From Chitinophagaceae bacterium (GTDB taxonomy: Bacteria > Bacteroidota > Bacteroidia > Chitinophagales > Chitinophagaceae): DNA of 64,000 bases. The notes below the pieces were generated by a model. That model worked only from the letters and a program-made list of their open reading frames with translations. It had not been told where the DNA came from and did not search any database. Position numbers and translations under genes: made by a program. The first letter of the stretch is position 1. The number at the start of each line of letters is the position of its first letter. The DNA is taken from positions 954 through 64,953 of the forward strand of contig JBMSWW010000001.1 of the NCBI GenBank assembly GCA_049425065.1, given 5' to 3'. Positions 30,074-40,088 of this stretch are shown in pieces.

Positions 30074-30553
30074 TTATTTTTTTAGAAGTGTATCAGCTTT
30101 GGCCAAGCTATTCAAAATAGCTTCCTTCACTTTGGTAACGCGTACTTTTTCATCTAAAAGATATTTTACACGCACCTCCTGATTGGTACTTCCAGAATCC
30201 AGATTAAAATCAGTCATCCACTGATCCATAGCATAATCCGCATAATTAAGATCACTTACCAACTGCTCTAGCTCCTTTTTTAAAGAAAGATTTGATTTAA
30301 GCGCCTCCCCTTTTAACTGACTAATAGAATCTACTAGTTCTTGCGCTCTTTTTTGCGCTCCTCTTACCTTGCCCATTTTTGGCATTACCTCGTCATGCGC
30401 GCCCATCACTTCATTATACAAACTATCAGCCAAGGTCAAAGGCTTTTCACTAGCTCCGTGCTTCCCATGTCCTTCATGCTCATTATGTACTTCATTATTG
30501 CAAGCCAGTACAATCAATGCAAAAAATGATAAGGCTATTCGATTGCTTTTCAT
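30074..30553 (-). CDS. Hypothetical helical lipoprotein with a His-rich N-terminus
   Basis: Lipobox VLAC, HNEHEGHGKHG, EVMGAHDEVMPKM...MDQWM. Confidence 0.78.
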   Translation of the reverse strand: MKSNRIALSFFALIVLACNNEVHNEHEGHGKHGASEKPLTLADSLYNEVMGAHDEVMPKMGKVRGAQKRAQELVDSISQLKGEALKSNLSLKKELEQLVSDLNYADYAMDQWMTDFNLDSGSTNQEVRVKYLLDEKVRVTKVKEAILNSLAKADTLLKK

Positions 30554-30625
30554 GATTCTATTAATTTAGAGTGGCAAAAGTAAGCCATTAAAATATAGGG
30601 TACCTTCGTAACACAAGAACTTGCC

Positions 30626-32707
30626 ATGAAACAACTCGAAAATTATGTATACGGGCAATGGACCCCCGGACAGGGACCCCAACAGCAATTAATGGACGCA
30701 GTAACTGGGGAAGCCATCGCAGAAACCGGAACAGGAGGTATCAACTTTCGAGACGTGATCGACTATGGAAGAAAATTAGGTAACCCAGCACTACGCTCAC
30801 TAACCTTTCACGAAAGAGGAAATCGATTAAAGGCGCTGGCCCTTCATCTTCAGAAAAAACTACCTGAATTCTATGCGCTGAGCTATAAAACAGGAGCTAC
30901 CAAAGCAGATAGCTGGGTAGACCTTGAAGGAGGCATTGGAAATTTGTTTGCGAATGCTTCTCTGCGAAGAAAATTCCCCAATGAAATCTTTTGTATTGAT
31001 GGCGAAAGTCATAACCTGAGCAAACAAAACACCTTCATGGGTACCCATATCCTGGTTCCCAAAGAAGGGGTAGCTATACATATCAACGCCTTTAATTTTC
31101 CGGTATGGGGCATGTTGGAAAAAATTGCCGTGAACTTACTGGCCGGAGTGCCCGCCATCGTAAAACCCGCTACTGTCACTTCCTATCTAACAGAAGCTGT
31201 TTTTAAAGAAATCATTGCAAGCAAGATATTCCCCGAAGGATCTCTGCAATTATTATGCGGCTCAGCTGGAGATCTATTAAATTGGGTAGATAGCCAAGAT
31301 AATATCACATTTACAGGCAGTGCCCACACTGGAGCACTACTTAAAAGGACCGAAGCCATCCTTCATAATAACGTGCCCTTTAATATGGAGGCCGATAGTT
31401 TAAACTGTATTGTATTGGGCGAAACTGTACAACCAGACGATCCAGAATGGGAACTCTTTGTAAAAGAAGTGCGCAAAGAGATGACACTAAAAGCAGGACA
31501 ACGTTGTACCGGTGTGCGTCGCATTTTTGTTCCTCGTCGTCATGTACAATCAATGACGGAGTCTCTGCAAAAAGCGCTGGCACAAACGGTGATCGGGTCT
31601 CCACTCAATGAAAAAGTAAGAATGGGAAGCTTGGCAGGGCAAACGCAACGAAATGAAGTATTGGAACAAGTAGACAAGTTATTGCAATGCTGCCAGTTAC
31701 TCTATGGCTCTACCCAAGAAGTAGTTGTAATAGATGCCGATGCTACGAAAGGAGCCTTCTTGTCACCGCTATTACTACTCAATGAGCAGCCCTTTCAGCA
31801 CGCTGCCCCACACGAAATTGAAGCCTTTGGTCCCGTGAGTACTTTAATGCCTTATGAAGGGATTGACGAAGCTATTGCACTCAGTAAATTGGGAAAAGGA
31901 AGTTTAGTAACCACCATTGTCACTAATAGCGGAAGCGAAGCCCGCCAATATGTAATTGGAGCCGCTACTCATCACGGAAGAATTTTAGTATTAAATAGAG
32001 ATTGTGCAAAAGAAAGCACCGGTCATGGATCCCCCCTACCGTTACTTGTTCATGGAGGACCCGGCCGTGCAGGAGGAGGAGAAGAAATGGGAGGTATTCG
32101 TGGCGTTAAACATTATCTACAAAGAACTGCGCTACAAGGATCGCCTACCATGATCACTGAAATTACCAATGTCTACCAGCCGCACGCCAAAGGAAAAGAT
32201 CCTGGCCAGCATCCCTTCAAAAAATACTTTGAAGAACTACAAATCGGCGATCAGCTGTTAACAGACAAAAGAATTATTACCGCAGAGGATATTGATCGCT
32301 TTGCGGATTTGAGTGGTGATCATTTTTATGCGCATCTGCGAGAAACTGATTTTTCAGGAACCATGTTCAAAAAACAAGTAGCACATGGGTATCTAATCAT
32401 AAGTTTGGCGGCTGGACTTTTTGTAGATAGCTACGAAAAGAATCCGGTACTTCTCAATTACGGAATTGATGATCTTCGATTCACTAAACCCGTATATCCT
32501 GGTAGTAGTATACAAATACGCTTTACTTGCAAGGAAAAATTACTGCAAGACAAACGAGTGGTCAACGACCCGTCTGAATTAAAAAGAGGAGACGAAATAG
32601 ACAAAGGCATTGTAAAGTGGTTAGTAGAAATCATGGATGAGACCGGAGAGATCACCGGAGTTGCTACCATTCTCACGATGGTGGAAAAGAGAAATCAAAC
32701 AAATTAA
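30626..32707 (+). CDS. paaZ: Bifunctional oxepin-CoA hydrolase / aldehyde dehydrogenase PaaZ
   Basis: ALDH domain (INAFNFP, EADSLN, GQRCT, EAFGP), STGHGSPLP, GGPGRAGGGEE, and a C-terminal MaoC domain (SGDHFYAH, AHGY). Confidence 0.92.
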   Translation: MKQLENYVYGQWTPGQGPQQQLMDAVTGEAIAETGTGGINFRDVIDYGRKLGNPALRSLTFHERGNRLKALALHLQKKLPEFYALSYKTGATKADSWVDLEGGIGNLFANASLRRKFPNEIFCIDGESHNLSKQNTFMGTHILVPKEGVAIHINAFNFPVWGMLEKIAVNLLAGVPAIVKPATVTSYLTEAVFKEIIASKIFPEGSLQLLCGSAGDLLNWVDSQDNITFTGSAHTGALLKRTEAILHNNVPFNMEADSLNCIVLGETVQPDDPEWELFVKEVRKEMTLKAGQRCTGVRRIFVPRRHVQSMTESLQKALAQTVIGSPLNEKVRMGSLAGQTQRNEVLEQVDKLLQCCQLLYGSTQEVVVIDADATKGAFLSPLLLLNEQPFQHAAPHEIEAFGPVSTLMPYEGIDEAIALSKLGKGSLVTTIVTNSGSEARQYVIGAATHHGRILVLNRDCAKESTGHGSPLPLLVHGGPGRAGGGEEMGGIRGVKHYLQRTALQGSPTMITEITNVYQPHAKGKDPGQHPFKKYFEELQIGDQLLTDKRIITAEDIDRFADLSGDHFYAHLRETDFSGTMFKKQVAHGYLIISLAAGLFVDSYEKNPVLLNYGIDDLRFTKPVYPGSSIQIRFTCKEKLLQDKRVVNDPSELKRGDEIDKGIVKWLVEIMDETGEITGVATILTMVEKRNQTN

Positions 32708-32718
32708 ATTCAGTATTT

Positions 32719-33477
32719 ATGGAAGCCGCCTACGTAAAAAGTGAATTTCATGATGGGTTGAGAATTATAGAATTTTTTCATCCCCAAAGCAATTCTTTGC
32801 CCCGAAAAATATTGATGGAGCTGGCTCAGGCTATTCATGCAGCCGGTAATGAAAAAGAAACCAAACTGATTCTACTTAAAAGCGGAGGAGAGAAAGCCTT
32901 TTGTGCGGGCGCCTCTTTTGATGAATTGGCCTCCTTGAATACCCTCGAAGAAGGGATTCATTTCTTTAGTGGATTTGCTGAAGTGATCAATGCTATAAGA
33001 ACCTGTCCGCAATTAGTGATTGGCCGCATACATGGCAAATGCGTGGGAGGTGGCGTTGGACTAGCGGCCGCAGTTGACTATGCACTGGCTACAGAAGCGG
33101 CTGAAGTTCGCTTAAGTGAATTGGCCGTAGGTATTGGCCCCTTTGTGGTAGGTCCGGCCGTTGAAAGAAAGATCGGAGTTTCTGCATTTTCACAATTATC
33201 TATAGATGCAACTCGCTGGCGCACCGCAGAGTGGGCTCAAAAAAGAGGATTGTTTGCAGAATTGTTTAGTGATATACAAGGCTTAGACGAGGGTGTTAAT
33301 CGTTTAGTTTTTCAATTGCTGCATAGTCATGATCAGGCCTTGACAGAATTGAAAAAAGTATTTTGGAAAGGAACCGAACATTGGGATAAGCTCTTACTGG
33401 AAAGAGCCGCCATCAGTGGTCGCCTCATTCTTAGTGAAGCTAGTCGCAAAGCCATCGAGGCCTTTAAGAAGAAATAG
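32719..33477 (+). CDS. Enoyl-CoA hydratase/isomerase family protein
   Basis: AFCAGA, GKCVGGGVGL and LSELAVGIGP crotonase motifs. Confidence 0.9.
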   Translation: MEAAYVKSEFHDGLRIIEFFHPQSNSLPRKILMELAQAIHAAGNEKETKLILLKSGGEKAFCAGASFDELASLNTLEEGIHFFSGFAEVINAIRTCPQLVIGRIHGKCVGGGVGLAAAVDYALATEAAEVRLSELAVGIGPFVVGPAVERKIGVSAFSQLSIDATRWRTAEWAQKRGLFAELFSDIQGLDEGVNRLVFQLLHSHDQALTELKKVFWKGTEHWDKLLLERAAISGRLILSEASRKAIEAFKKK

Positions 33478-33480
33478 CTA

Positions 33481-34236
33481 TTAAATGTTCAAGCCTCCGC
33501 AGGCACTGATCGTTTGTCCGGTAACATAGGAAGAAAGATCAGAAGCCAGGAACAACGTAACATTGGCAATATCCTTAGCCGAAGCAAAACGACCGAGAGG
33601 GATACCCGCTTTATATTTCTCAGCAGCCTCGCCTTCTTTGAGATACTGTGTCATGTCCGTCTCCACAAAACCTGGCGCAATAGCATTGCAACGAATATTA
33701 CGACTACCTAACTCTTTAGCAATTGACTTGGTAAATCCAATAACTCCGGCTTTACTAGCTGCGTAACTGCTCTGGCCTGCATTTCCCATTTCACCAATTA
33801 CGGAACTCATATTGATAATAGAACCAGAACGGGCTTTCATCATTGGACGAATCACCTGCTTGGTCATATAAAACACACTATTCAAATTCACCTGAATCAC
33901 TTCATTCCATTGTTCAGTTGTCATCCGCATCAACAAATTATCCTTAGAGATCCCTGCATTGTTTACACAAATGTCGATAGTACCAAACTCCTGTAGCACT
34001 TCTGTTACAAATTGCTCACATTGTGTCGCGTCTCCCGCATTACTCTTCCACGCCTTGGCTTTTACACCCAATGCCAGCAAACGAGCTTCGAGATTCTTTG
34101 CCTTCTCTTCACTACTGTCGCTTACATAAGTAAAAGCCACATGAGCGCCATGTTCAGCAAACAATGAGGCAATTCCTTCTCCGATTCCACGAGCCGCACC
34201 GGTAATAATAGCCACTTTATTTTCTAGTAGTTTCAT
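33481..34236 (-). CDS. fabG: 3-oxoacyl-ACP reductase
   Basis: TGAARGIG, NNAGISKD, YAASK and NAIAPGFVETDMT motifs. Confidence 0.93.
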   Translation of the reverse strand: MKLLENKVAIITGAARGIGEGIASLFAEHGAHVAFTYVSDSSEEKAKNLEARLLALGVKAKAWKSNAGDATQCEQFVTEVLQEFGTIDICVNNAGISKDNLLMRMTTEQWNEVIQVNLNSVFYMTKQVIRPMMKARSGSIINMSSVIGEMGNAGQSSYAASKAGVIGFTKSIAKELGSRNIRCNAIAPGFVETDMTQYLKEGEAAEKYKAGIPLGRFASAKDIANVTLFLASDLSSYVTGQTISACGGLNI

Positions 34237-34246
34237 AGCAGTAGTT

Positions 34247-35773
34247 TTAGGGAGTCACAAATGTAGCGTTATTCAGTTGTATGATTTCTTCCAATAGATT
34301 TCTGTCATTGCTTAAGCGAGGCACTTTATGCTGTCCTCCTAATTTTCCCTTATGGCGTAGCCAAGAAGCAAAAGTGCCGGAGGGCACTACTTGTACTAGA
34401 GGCATTCGAAGGGCAATATCTTTATGACGTTTGGCTTCATAATCACTGTTACACTCTTTCAGTGATTGATCCAGTAATTGAATAAAGCCAGCAAAATCAT
34501 CAGGTGTTTTTTCAAATTCAATCAACCATTCATGGGCTCCATTGGAAAACTCACTGAAATAGACAGGAGCAGCAGTATAATCAGTAACGATAGCTCCGGT
34601 TAGTTGACAAGCTTTGGCAATGGCACGATCCGTATTATCTACGATTACCTCTTCGCCAAATGCATTGATAAAATGCTTCAAACGTCCTGATACTTTCACC
34701 CGGAAAGGACGCAAAGTAGTAAACTCAATGGTATCTCCTACTAAATATCGCCATAATCCGGCATTGGTACTTATTACTAAAGCATACTGCTGCCCAATCT
34801 CCACATCTTGCAAACCCACCGTGCGAGGATTCGAAGTTCCATATTCCCCCACAGGCATAAATTCCATAAAGATGCCATGATCTGTAAACAATAGCATGCC
34901 ATCTTTAGAAGGATCATCCTGGGCAGCAAAGAAACCTTCACTGGCATTATACATGTCCAGATAGTTAATGTCTTTCCCAATTAACTGCTTGAAGTTATCC
35001 CGATAAGGAGTAAACGATACTCCCCCATGCATGTATAATTCTAATGAAGGCCACACTTCACTCATAGTTTGTTTGCCCGTCAACTCCAATATGCGTCTGA
35101 ATAAAACCAGAGTCCAGGTGGGAACGCCTGATATGGAGGTTACATTTTCATGAATCGTTGTTTGTGCCAGCTTTTCTATTTTTTGCTCCCATTCATCCAT
35201 TAGCGCAATCTCTAAATCAGGCGTACGTAACCAATGTCCCCAGAAGGGAGTATTCTGCAAAAGCACCGCACTTAAGTCACCATACTGTGCTTCTTGATTC
35301 AACGGATTGATGGTATGACTACCACCAATAATTAATCCTTTGCCGGTAAGCAAGGCCGAGTCTGGTTTGTAACAATAGTATAGACTTAATACATCTTTAG
35401 AAGCTCTGTAATGTCCATCTTGTAAGCCCTCTTCACTCACGGGGATAAACTTGCTTTTATCACTGGTAGTCCCGCTGCTTTTTGCAAACCAGTTGATGGG
35501 CGTATTCCATAACAGGTTCTGCTCCCCTTCCATGATACGCTCGATATACGGCTTCAAGTCATCATACTCATGAATTGGAACTGCTTCTTTAAATGTCTTT
35601 ACAGAAAATAAATTTGAGAAATCATAGCGACGACCAAATTCAGTGTACTGTGCTGAGGTAACCAGATCTTGCAATACTTCTCGTTGCGCATCCAAGGGGT
35701 TATTCTTCCACGCATCAATTCGCCAGGAGCGCAGGCGAGCAAGGGAGGATATGGCGGGAGAAAGAAGACTCAT
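34247..35773 (-). CDS. GH3 (auxin-responsive promoter family) acyl-amido synthetase-like protein
   Basis: KSSGTT, YNASEG, WRYLVGD, GRLKHFINAFGEE and GGQHKVPRL motifs. Confidence 0.9.
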   Translation of the reverse strand: MSLLSPAISSLARLRSWRIDAWKNNPLDAQREVLQDLVTSAQYTEFGRRYDFSNLFSVKTFKEAVPIHEYDDLKPYIERIMEGEQNLLWNTPINWFAKSSGTTSDKSKFIPVSEEGLQDGHYRASKDVLSLYYCYKPDSALLTGKGLIIGGSHTINPLNQEAQYGDLSAVLLQNTPFWGHWLRTPDLEIALMDEWEQKIEKLAQTTIHENVTSISGVPTWTLVLFRRILELTGKQTMSEVWPSLELYMHGGVSFTPYRDNFKQLIGKDINYLDMYNASEGFFAAQDDPSKDGMLLFTDHGIFMEFMPVGEYGTSNPRTVGLQDVEIGQQYALVISTNAGLWRYLVGDTIEFTTLRPFRVKVSGRLKHFINAFGEEVIVDNTDRAIAKACQLTGAIVTDYTAAPVYFSEFSNGAHEWLIEFEKTPDDFAGFIQLLDQSLKECNSDYEAKRHKDIALRMPLVQVVPSGTFASWLRHKGKLGGQHKVPRLSNDRNLLEEIIQLNNATFVTP

Positions 35774-35796
35774 GACAGAAGTAAATTAACCAAAAA

Positions 35797-36786
35797 TCAG
35801 GAATAGGCCTCTTGGAGACGAGATGTTAATTCAGCCTTCAAAGAGTTAGCAGCAAAAGAATGTTTAACCGCTTCCAAATTACAATGTAAAAAGTCTGCCA
35901 AGGTCCACCCAAAAGTAGTCGCCACTAATTCATATTCGCTACTTAAGGTAACGGGAGTAACTGTGCGAGCATCCGTATTTACACTCATAGAAATCCCCGC
36001 TTGATAAATGATAGGCAAAGAATGGGCCGCAATATTTTTAAAGACATTCGTCCGTAGGTTACTACTTGGACAAATTTCCAGATGAATCTGTTGATTTTTT
36101 AAATGCTCCAACAGCGCTGGATCTTCCACGCTTCTTACGCCATGCCCAATGCGAGAGGGATAAAAGTGACGCAACACCTCCCATACACTACTCGCCCCGC
36201 AAGCTTCTCCAGCGTGCGCTGTGCAAGGGATTCCTTTTTCGTGGGCATAGACAAATGCTTTTTCATGGGTTGACACAGGATAGCCAGCCTCGTCACCAGC
36301 AATATCAAATCCCACTACCCAACCCTGCGACATAAACTGTTCAGTCAGCTTAACGGTTTCCATACTTTGTGCCTCGCTATAATCCCGAAGCGTACAGAGA
36401 ATGAGTCGGGGTATCACTTTATAGCGAGAAGATCCCTCTTGCAGTGCAGCCTGAATAGCGTCGATCACTTCCATTGGGGTTAATCCCTTTTCAGTGTGTA
36501 ACAAAGGAGCAAATCGTATTTCTACGTAGATCACATGATCGCGATCCATTTGCTCTAAAAAATCAAGGGTCACTAAACGCAATTGCTCTTTGGTTTGCAT
36601 CAGAGTATACCCTTTGGCAGATCGTCGGATATATTCCAACAGATCTCCGCAACTCTCTGGTGCAATAAACTCTTTCTGGTATTGTGAAAGCGTAACCGAT
36701 GGATCTAATTGCTGAACCACCGCATAACTCAGACTGCAATCCAGATGAATATGCAATTCTATTTTGGGAAGCTGATGATACTGCAT
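35797..36786 (-). CDS. add: Adenosine deaminase family protein
   Basis: LPKIELHIHLD, GFDIAGDE, HAGE, RIGHG, EICPSSN and NTD motifs. Likely start MQYHQLP at 36786. Confidence 0.85.
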   Translation of the reverse strand: MQYHQLPKIELHIHLDCSLSYAVVQQLDPSVTLSQYQKEFIAPESCGDLLEYIRRSAKGYTLMQTKEQLRLVTLDFLEQMDRDHVIYVEIRFAPLLHTEKGLTPMEVIDAIQAALQEGSSRYKVIPRLILCTLRDYSEAQSMETVKLTEQFMSQGWVVGFDIAGDEAGYPVSTHEKAFVYAHEKGIPCTAHAGEACGASSVWEVLRHFYPSRIGHGVRSVEDPALLEHLKNQQIHLEICPSSNLRTNVFKNIAAHSLPIIYQAGISMSVNTDARTVTPVTLSSEYELVATTFGWTLADFLHCNLEAVKHSFAANSLKAELTSRLQEAYS

Positions 36787-36809
36787 GAAGTTGAAGATAC
36801 TTTTTGAAC

Positions 36810-37589
36810 TTAATTTCCGGTCTGCTCCTGTTGTAAGGCCTCTTCGTGAATCCAATCCTTACGCTTGAGTTCAAAGTTTCGGCCCAGGTATAATTTACGC
36901 ACTTGCTCATCAGCAGCCAACTCTTCGGCAGACCCATGCTTAAAAATCTTTCCTTCGATTAGCAAATAGGCGCGATCACAAATAGAAAGCGTTTCGGTTA
37001 CATTATGGTCTGTGATCAAAATACCAATATTCTTATACTTAAGACGGGCTACAATTGTTTGAATATCCTCTACCGCAATGGGGTCTATGCCCGCAAAGGG
37101 CTCATCGAGTAAAATAAACTTGGGGTCTACGGCCAGGGCTCGGGCAATCTCTGTTCTTCTACGCTCTCCGCCACTTAATACATCGCCGTTACTCTTGCGA
37201 ACATGCTGTAATCGAAATTCATCCAGTAAGGATTCCAGTTTCTCTTTCTGGGCAGCCCGGGGCAAAGAGGTCATCTCGAGCACGGCCGCAATATTGTCTT
37301 CCACGCTTAGCTTACGAAACACCGAGGCCTCTTGGGGCAGGTAGCCGATTCCCATCTGTGCCCTTTTGTACATAGGTGAGGCTGTAATATCTTGATCATT
37401 GAGAAATACCTGACCCGCATCGGGTTTGATCAACCCCACCACTTGGTAAAAAGAAGTGGTTTTACCGGCTCCATTGGGTCCTAGCAAACCCACAATCTCC
37501 CCTTGGCTAACCTCAAAGGAAACATGATTCACCACGGTACGAGAGCCATAGTGTTTAACCAGGTTATGGGTACGGATTGTTAAAAGCAT
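36810..37589 (-). CDS. lptB: LPS export ABC transporter ATP-binding protein
   Basis: [38 protein letters not shown] and ITDHNV motifs. Confidence 0.96.
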   Translation of the reverse strand: MLLTIRTHNLVKHYGSRTVVNHVSFEVSQGEIVGLLGPNGAGKTTSFYQVVGLIKPDAGQVFLNDQDITASPMYKRAQMGIGYLPQEASVFRKLSVEDNIAAVLEMTSLPRAAQKEKLESLLDEFRLQHVRKSNGDVLSGGERRRTEIARALAVDPKFILLDEPFAGIDPIAVEDIQTIVARLKYKNIGILITDHNVTETLSICDRAYLLIEGKIFKHGSAEELAADEQVRKLYLGRNFELKRKDWIHEEALQQEQTGN

Positions 37590-37593
37590 AGTT

Positions 37594-37611
37594 CAAAAGT
37601 ACTTAAGTTTG
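37594..37611. promoter_or_regulatory. Back-to-back -7 promoter elements for lptB and metF
   Basis: CAAAAGTA at 37594-37601 (TACTTTTG on -, 4 nt from the lptB ATG) and TAAGTTTG at 37604-37611 (+). Confidence 0.65.
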
Positions 37612-37625
37612 CACACTAGTTACCT

Positions 37626-38576
37626 ATGAAAGTTATCGACCACATCAACCAGGCTAAAGACACCCTGATCTCTTTTGAAGTATTGCCTCCGTTAAAAGGT
37701 AAAGGCATTGATGCCTTGTATAGACATCTGGACCCTTTAATGGCCTTTAAGCCCTCCTTTATCAATGTAACCTATCACCGCAGTGAGCATGTTTTCAAAA
37801 AGAAAGCGGATGGAAGTTTTGAAAAAGTAGTAGTGCGTAAACGACCTGGCACCGAGAGCATCTGTGCCGCCATCATGAACAAATACAATGTGGATACAGT
37901 TCCTCATTTGATCTGTGGCGGATTTAGCGTAAATGAAACCGAGGATGCCTTGATCAATCTTCATTATCTGGGTATCGATAACGTGTTGGTGCTACGCGGT
38001 GATGCGGCTAAAAATGAATCTACGTTTGAGCCGGAACCCGGAGGACATAAATATGCAGTGGACCTATTAAAACAAGTAGTGTCTCTCAATGATGGAATTT
38101 ACTTAGAAGAAGATTTAAAAGACACCCATAAAACAAAGTTTTGCATAGGGGTGGCAGGCTACCCTGAAAAACATTTTGAAGCGCCCAACATGGATACCGA
38201 CCTCGACCACTTAAAGAAAAAAGTAGAGGCAGGTGCAGACTACATTATTACACAGATGTTTTTTAATAATGCTAAGTATCATGACTTTGTTAAGTCTTGT
38301 CGTGAATATGGCATTACCGTACCTATTATACCAGGACTAAAGCCTATCTACTCTAAAAAACAGTTGACAGTTCTTCCTAAAACATTCCATATCGATTTGC
38401 CCACAGAACTCTCCAATGAAGTACTTCGTTGTAAAACAGACCTGGAGGTAGAGCAGGTAGGAAAAGAATGGCTACTCATGCAATCTCGCGAACTCAAGAA
38501 GTCCGGAGTTCCTGTACTGCATTACTATACCTTAGGCAGACCTCAATTGGTGGCCGATGTAGTAAAAGATATTTAA
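37626..38576 (+). CDS. metF: 5,10-methylenetetrahydrofolate reductase
   Basis: SFEVLPP, HLICGG, LRGD, GYPEKH, ITQMFF and HYYTL motifs. Confidence 0.95.
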   Translation: MKVIDHINQAKDTLISFEVLPPLKGKGIDALYRHLDPLMAFKPSFINVTYHRSEHVFKKKADGSFEKVVVRKRPGTESICAAIMNKYNVDTVPHLICGGFSVNETEDALINLHYLGIDNVLVLRGDAAKNESTFEPEPGGHKYAVDLLKQVVSLNDGIYLEEDLKDTHKTKFCIGVAGYPEKHFEAPNMDTDLDHLKKKVEAGADYIITQMFFNNAKYHDFVKSCREYGITVPIIPGLKPIYSKKQLTVLPKTFHIDLPTELSNEVLRCKTDLEVEQVGKEWLLMQSRELKKSGVPVLHYYTLGRPQLVADVVKDI

Positions 38577-38580
38577 TTCT

Positions 38581-40020
38581 TTACTTTTTGCCTTCTTTGA
38601 TCTTCAGTTGTAGAATCTCATCGATCTGATCAAAGGCCAGTTTTTTAGCTACTATACGCTTTTCTTTATCGAGTAGATATAAGGTAGGGAACGACTGTAC
38701 ATCGTATAGTTGAGAGTAACCGGGCACATTATTGTTGATGCGTTCCTTTTCTGCCTCCTTGGAATAGTACACATGATTCCATTGTCCGATTTTTTTATCC
38801 GAAATAAAGTTCAGCCAGTCTTTACGAGTGCCTTCTGTCTCTTTAGCCACAGAGTAAATACCCAATCCCTGGGACTTCCATTTTTTATTGTAAACAGAAT
38901 CGATTTTGGGCAAAGTTTCTTTACAATGTCCACAGGTGGGATCCCAAAACACCACAAGGGTATATTCTTTTTTTACTCCGTATAAAGAAATCATTTTGCC
39001 AGTAGAGTCAGGTAGCAGAATTTCAGAAGCAGGACTTCCAAAAATATTAGCCATCAAACTATAAGCACGGTCTGTGATCATTTTCTTACCCTGTTCACTT
39101 AACCAAGTAGGAGGATTTTTAGAGAAATACTTTTCATATAAGTGTACAAAAACTGCATCTTCCCACATATACTTTTGAGAATAATAACGATTCACAAACC
39201 GCAAGAGTAAAAATCGCTCCATCTCTGCATTCGCTTTGGCAAAACTTAACATGTAGTCCATTTCTTTGTTCACGGAATCAGGATGAGGAGCAACTAATTG
39301 ATTAAAATATCGATCTACTTTGTCTTCAAAAAAAGTAGTATAGGCTAATCGTCCATCCCAAAAATCAACGCCATCCCAATAGTGCTCCTTATAGTAGCGA
39401 AAAGCACCCACAGAATCATCTCGATTAACAGGCTGCTGATAACGGGCTGGCAATATTGGGTCTCTCATGGCTTTGAGCAAGGTTGTTAAAGTAGCCTCGG
39501 GATGTTGCGTAATCAATTGATCACGATAATCCCTCAACTCTTTATCCAATTCTATTAACTGTTCATTGATACGGGTTGAATCTGCCATAGAAGCAGCTGT
39601 CTTTAAGGTCTCGCGTAGCGCATTGATCCGAGCTCCTCTTTCTCCTACACTTCGCTGATACGTTACAAATAATTCATTGTCAGGAGAACCTTCAAAACGA
39701 AGACCCATGGGTAGCGTAGCGGAATCAGCAATCACTGAAAAACGTTGTTGCTTATCTATAAGTATTTCAAAGAAACCAGAACGATTCGGATAGCCTATCA
39801 GGTAAATGCCTCCTTGCAAAGCTTTGTTTCCCTTGAAGACACCTTGGCTATTATCATCCAACTTCACAGAATCAATAATGGGATAGGTCTTACCAAAATA
39901 ATGACCCAAGTAGATATACTGTCCTTTGTAAGGCTTGAACGTAACCTTAATTTCATAGCCCCCCTGCGCAGATGCCCCCATTGCCAGGGTAGCAAAAAAA
40001 CACAAGAACCATTTTCTCAT
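38581..40020 (-). CDS. Secreted TlpA/AhpC-TSA-type thiol-disulfide oxidoreductase with an N-terminal extension (DUF5106-like)
   Basis: Signal peptide, C-terminal thioredoxin fold FWDPTCGHC, and FPTLYLLD. Likely start MRKW at 40020. Confidence 0.85.
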   Translation of the reverse strand: MRKWFLCFFATLAMGASAQGGYEIKVTFKPYKGQYIYLGHYFGKTYPIIDSVKLDDNSQGVFKGNKALQGGIYLIGYPNRSGFFEILIDKQQRFSVIADSATLPMGLRFEGSPDNELFVTYQRSVGERGARINALRETLKTAASMADSTRINEQLIELDKELRDYRDQLITQHPEATLTTLLKAMRDPILPARYQQPVNRDDSVGAFRYYKEHYWDGVDFWDGRLAYTTFFEDKVDRYFNQLVAPHPDSVNKEMDYMLSFAKANAEMERFLLLRFVNRYYSQKYMWEDAVFVHLYEKYFSKNPPTWLSEQGKKMITDRAYSLMANIFGSPASEILLPDSTGKMISLYGVKKEYTLVVFWDPTCGHCKETLPKIDSVYNKKWKSQGLGIYSVAKETEGTRKDWLNFISDKKIGQWNHVYYSKEAEKERINNNVPGYSQLYDVQSFPTLYLLDKEKRIVAKKLAFDQIDEILQLKIKEGKK

Positions 40021-40088
40021 AGTGTAAATCATAGTGAGGTAAAGTTATTAAAAAGCAAGAAACGGAAGGTGAGGACTATCTTTGCGCC

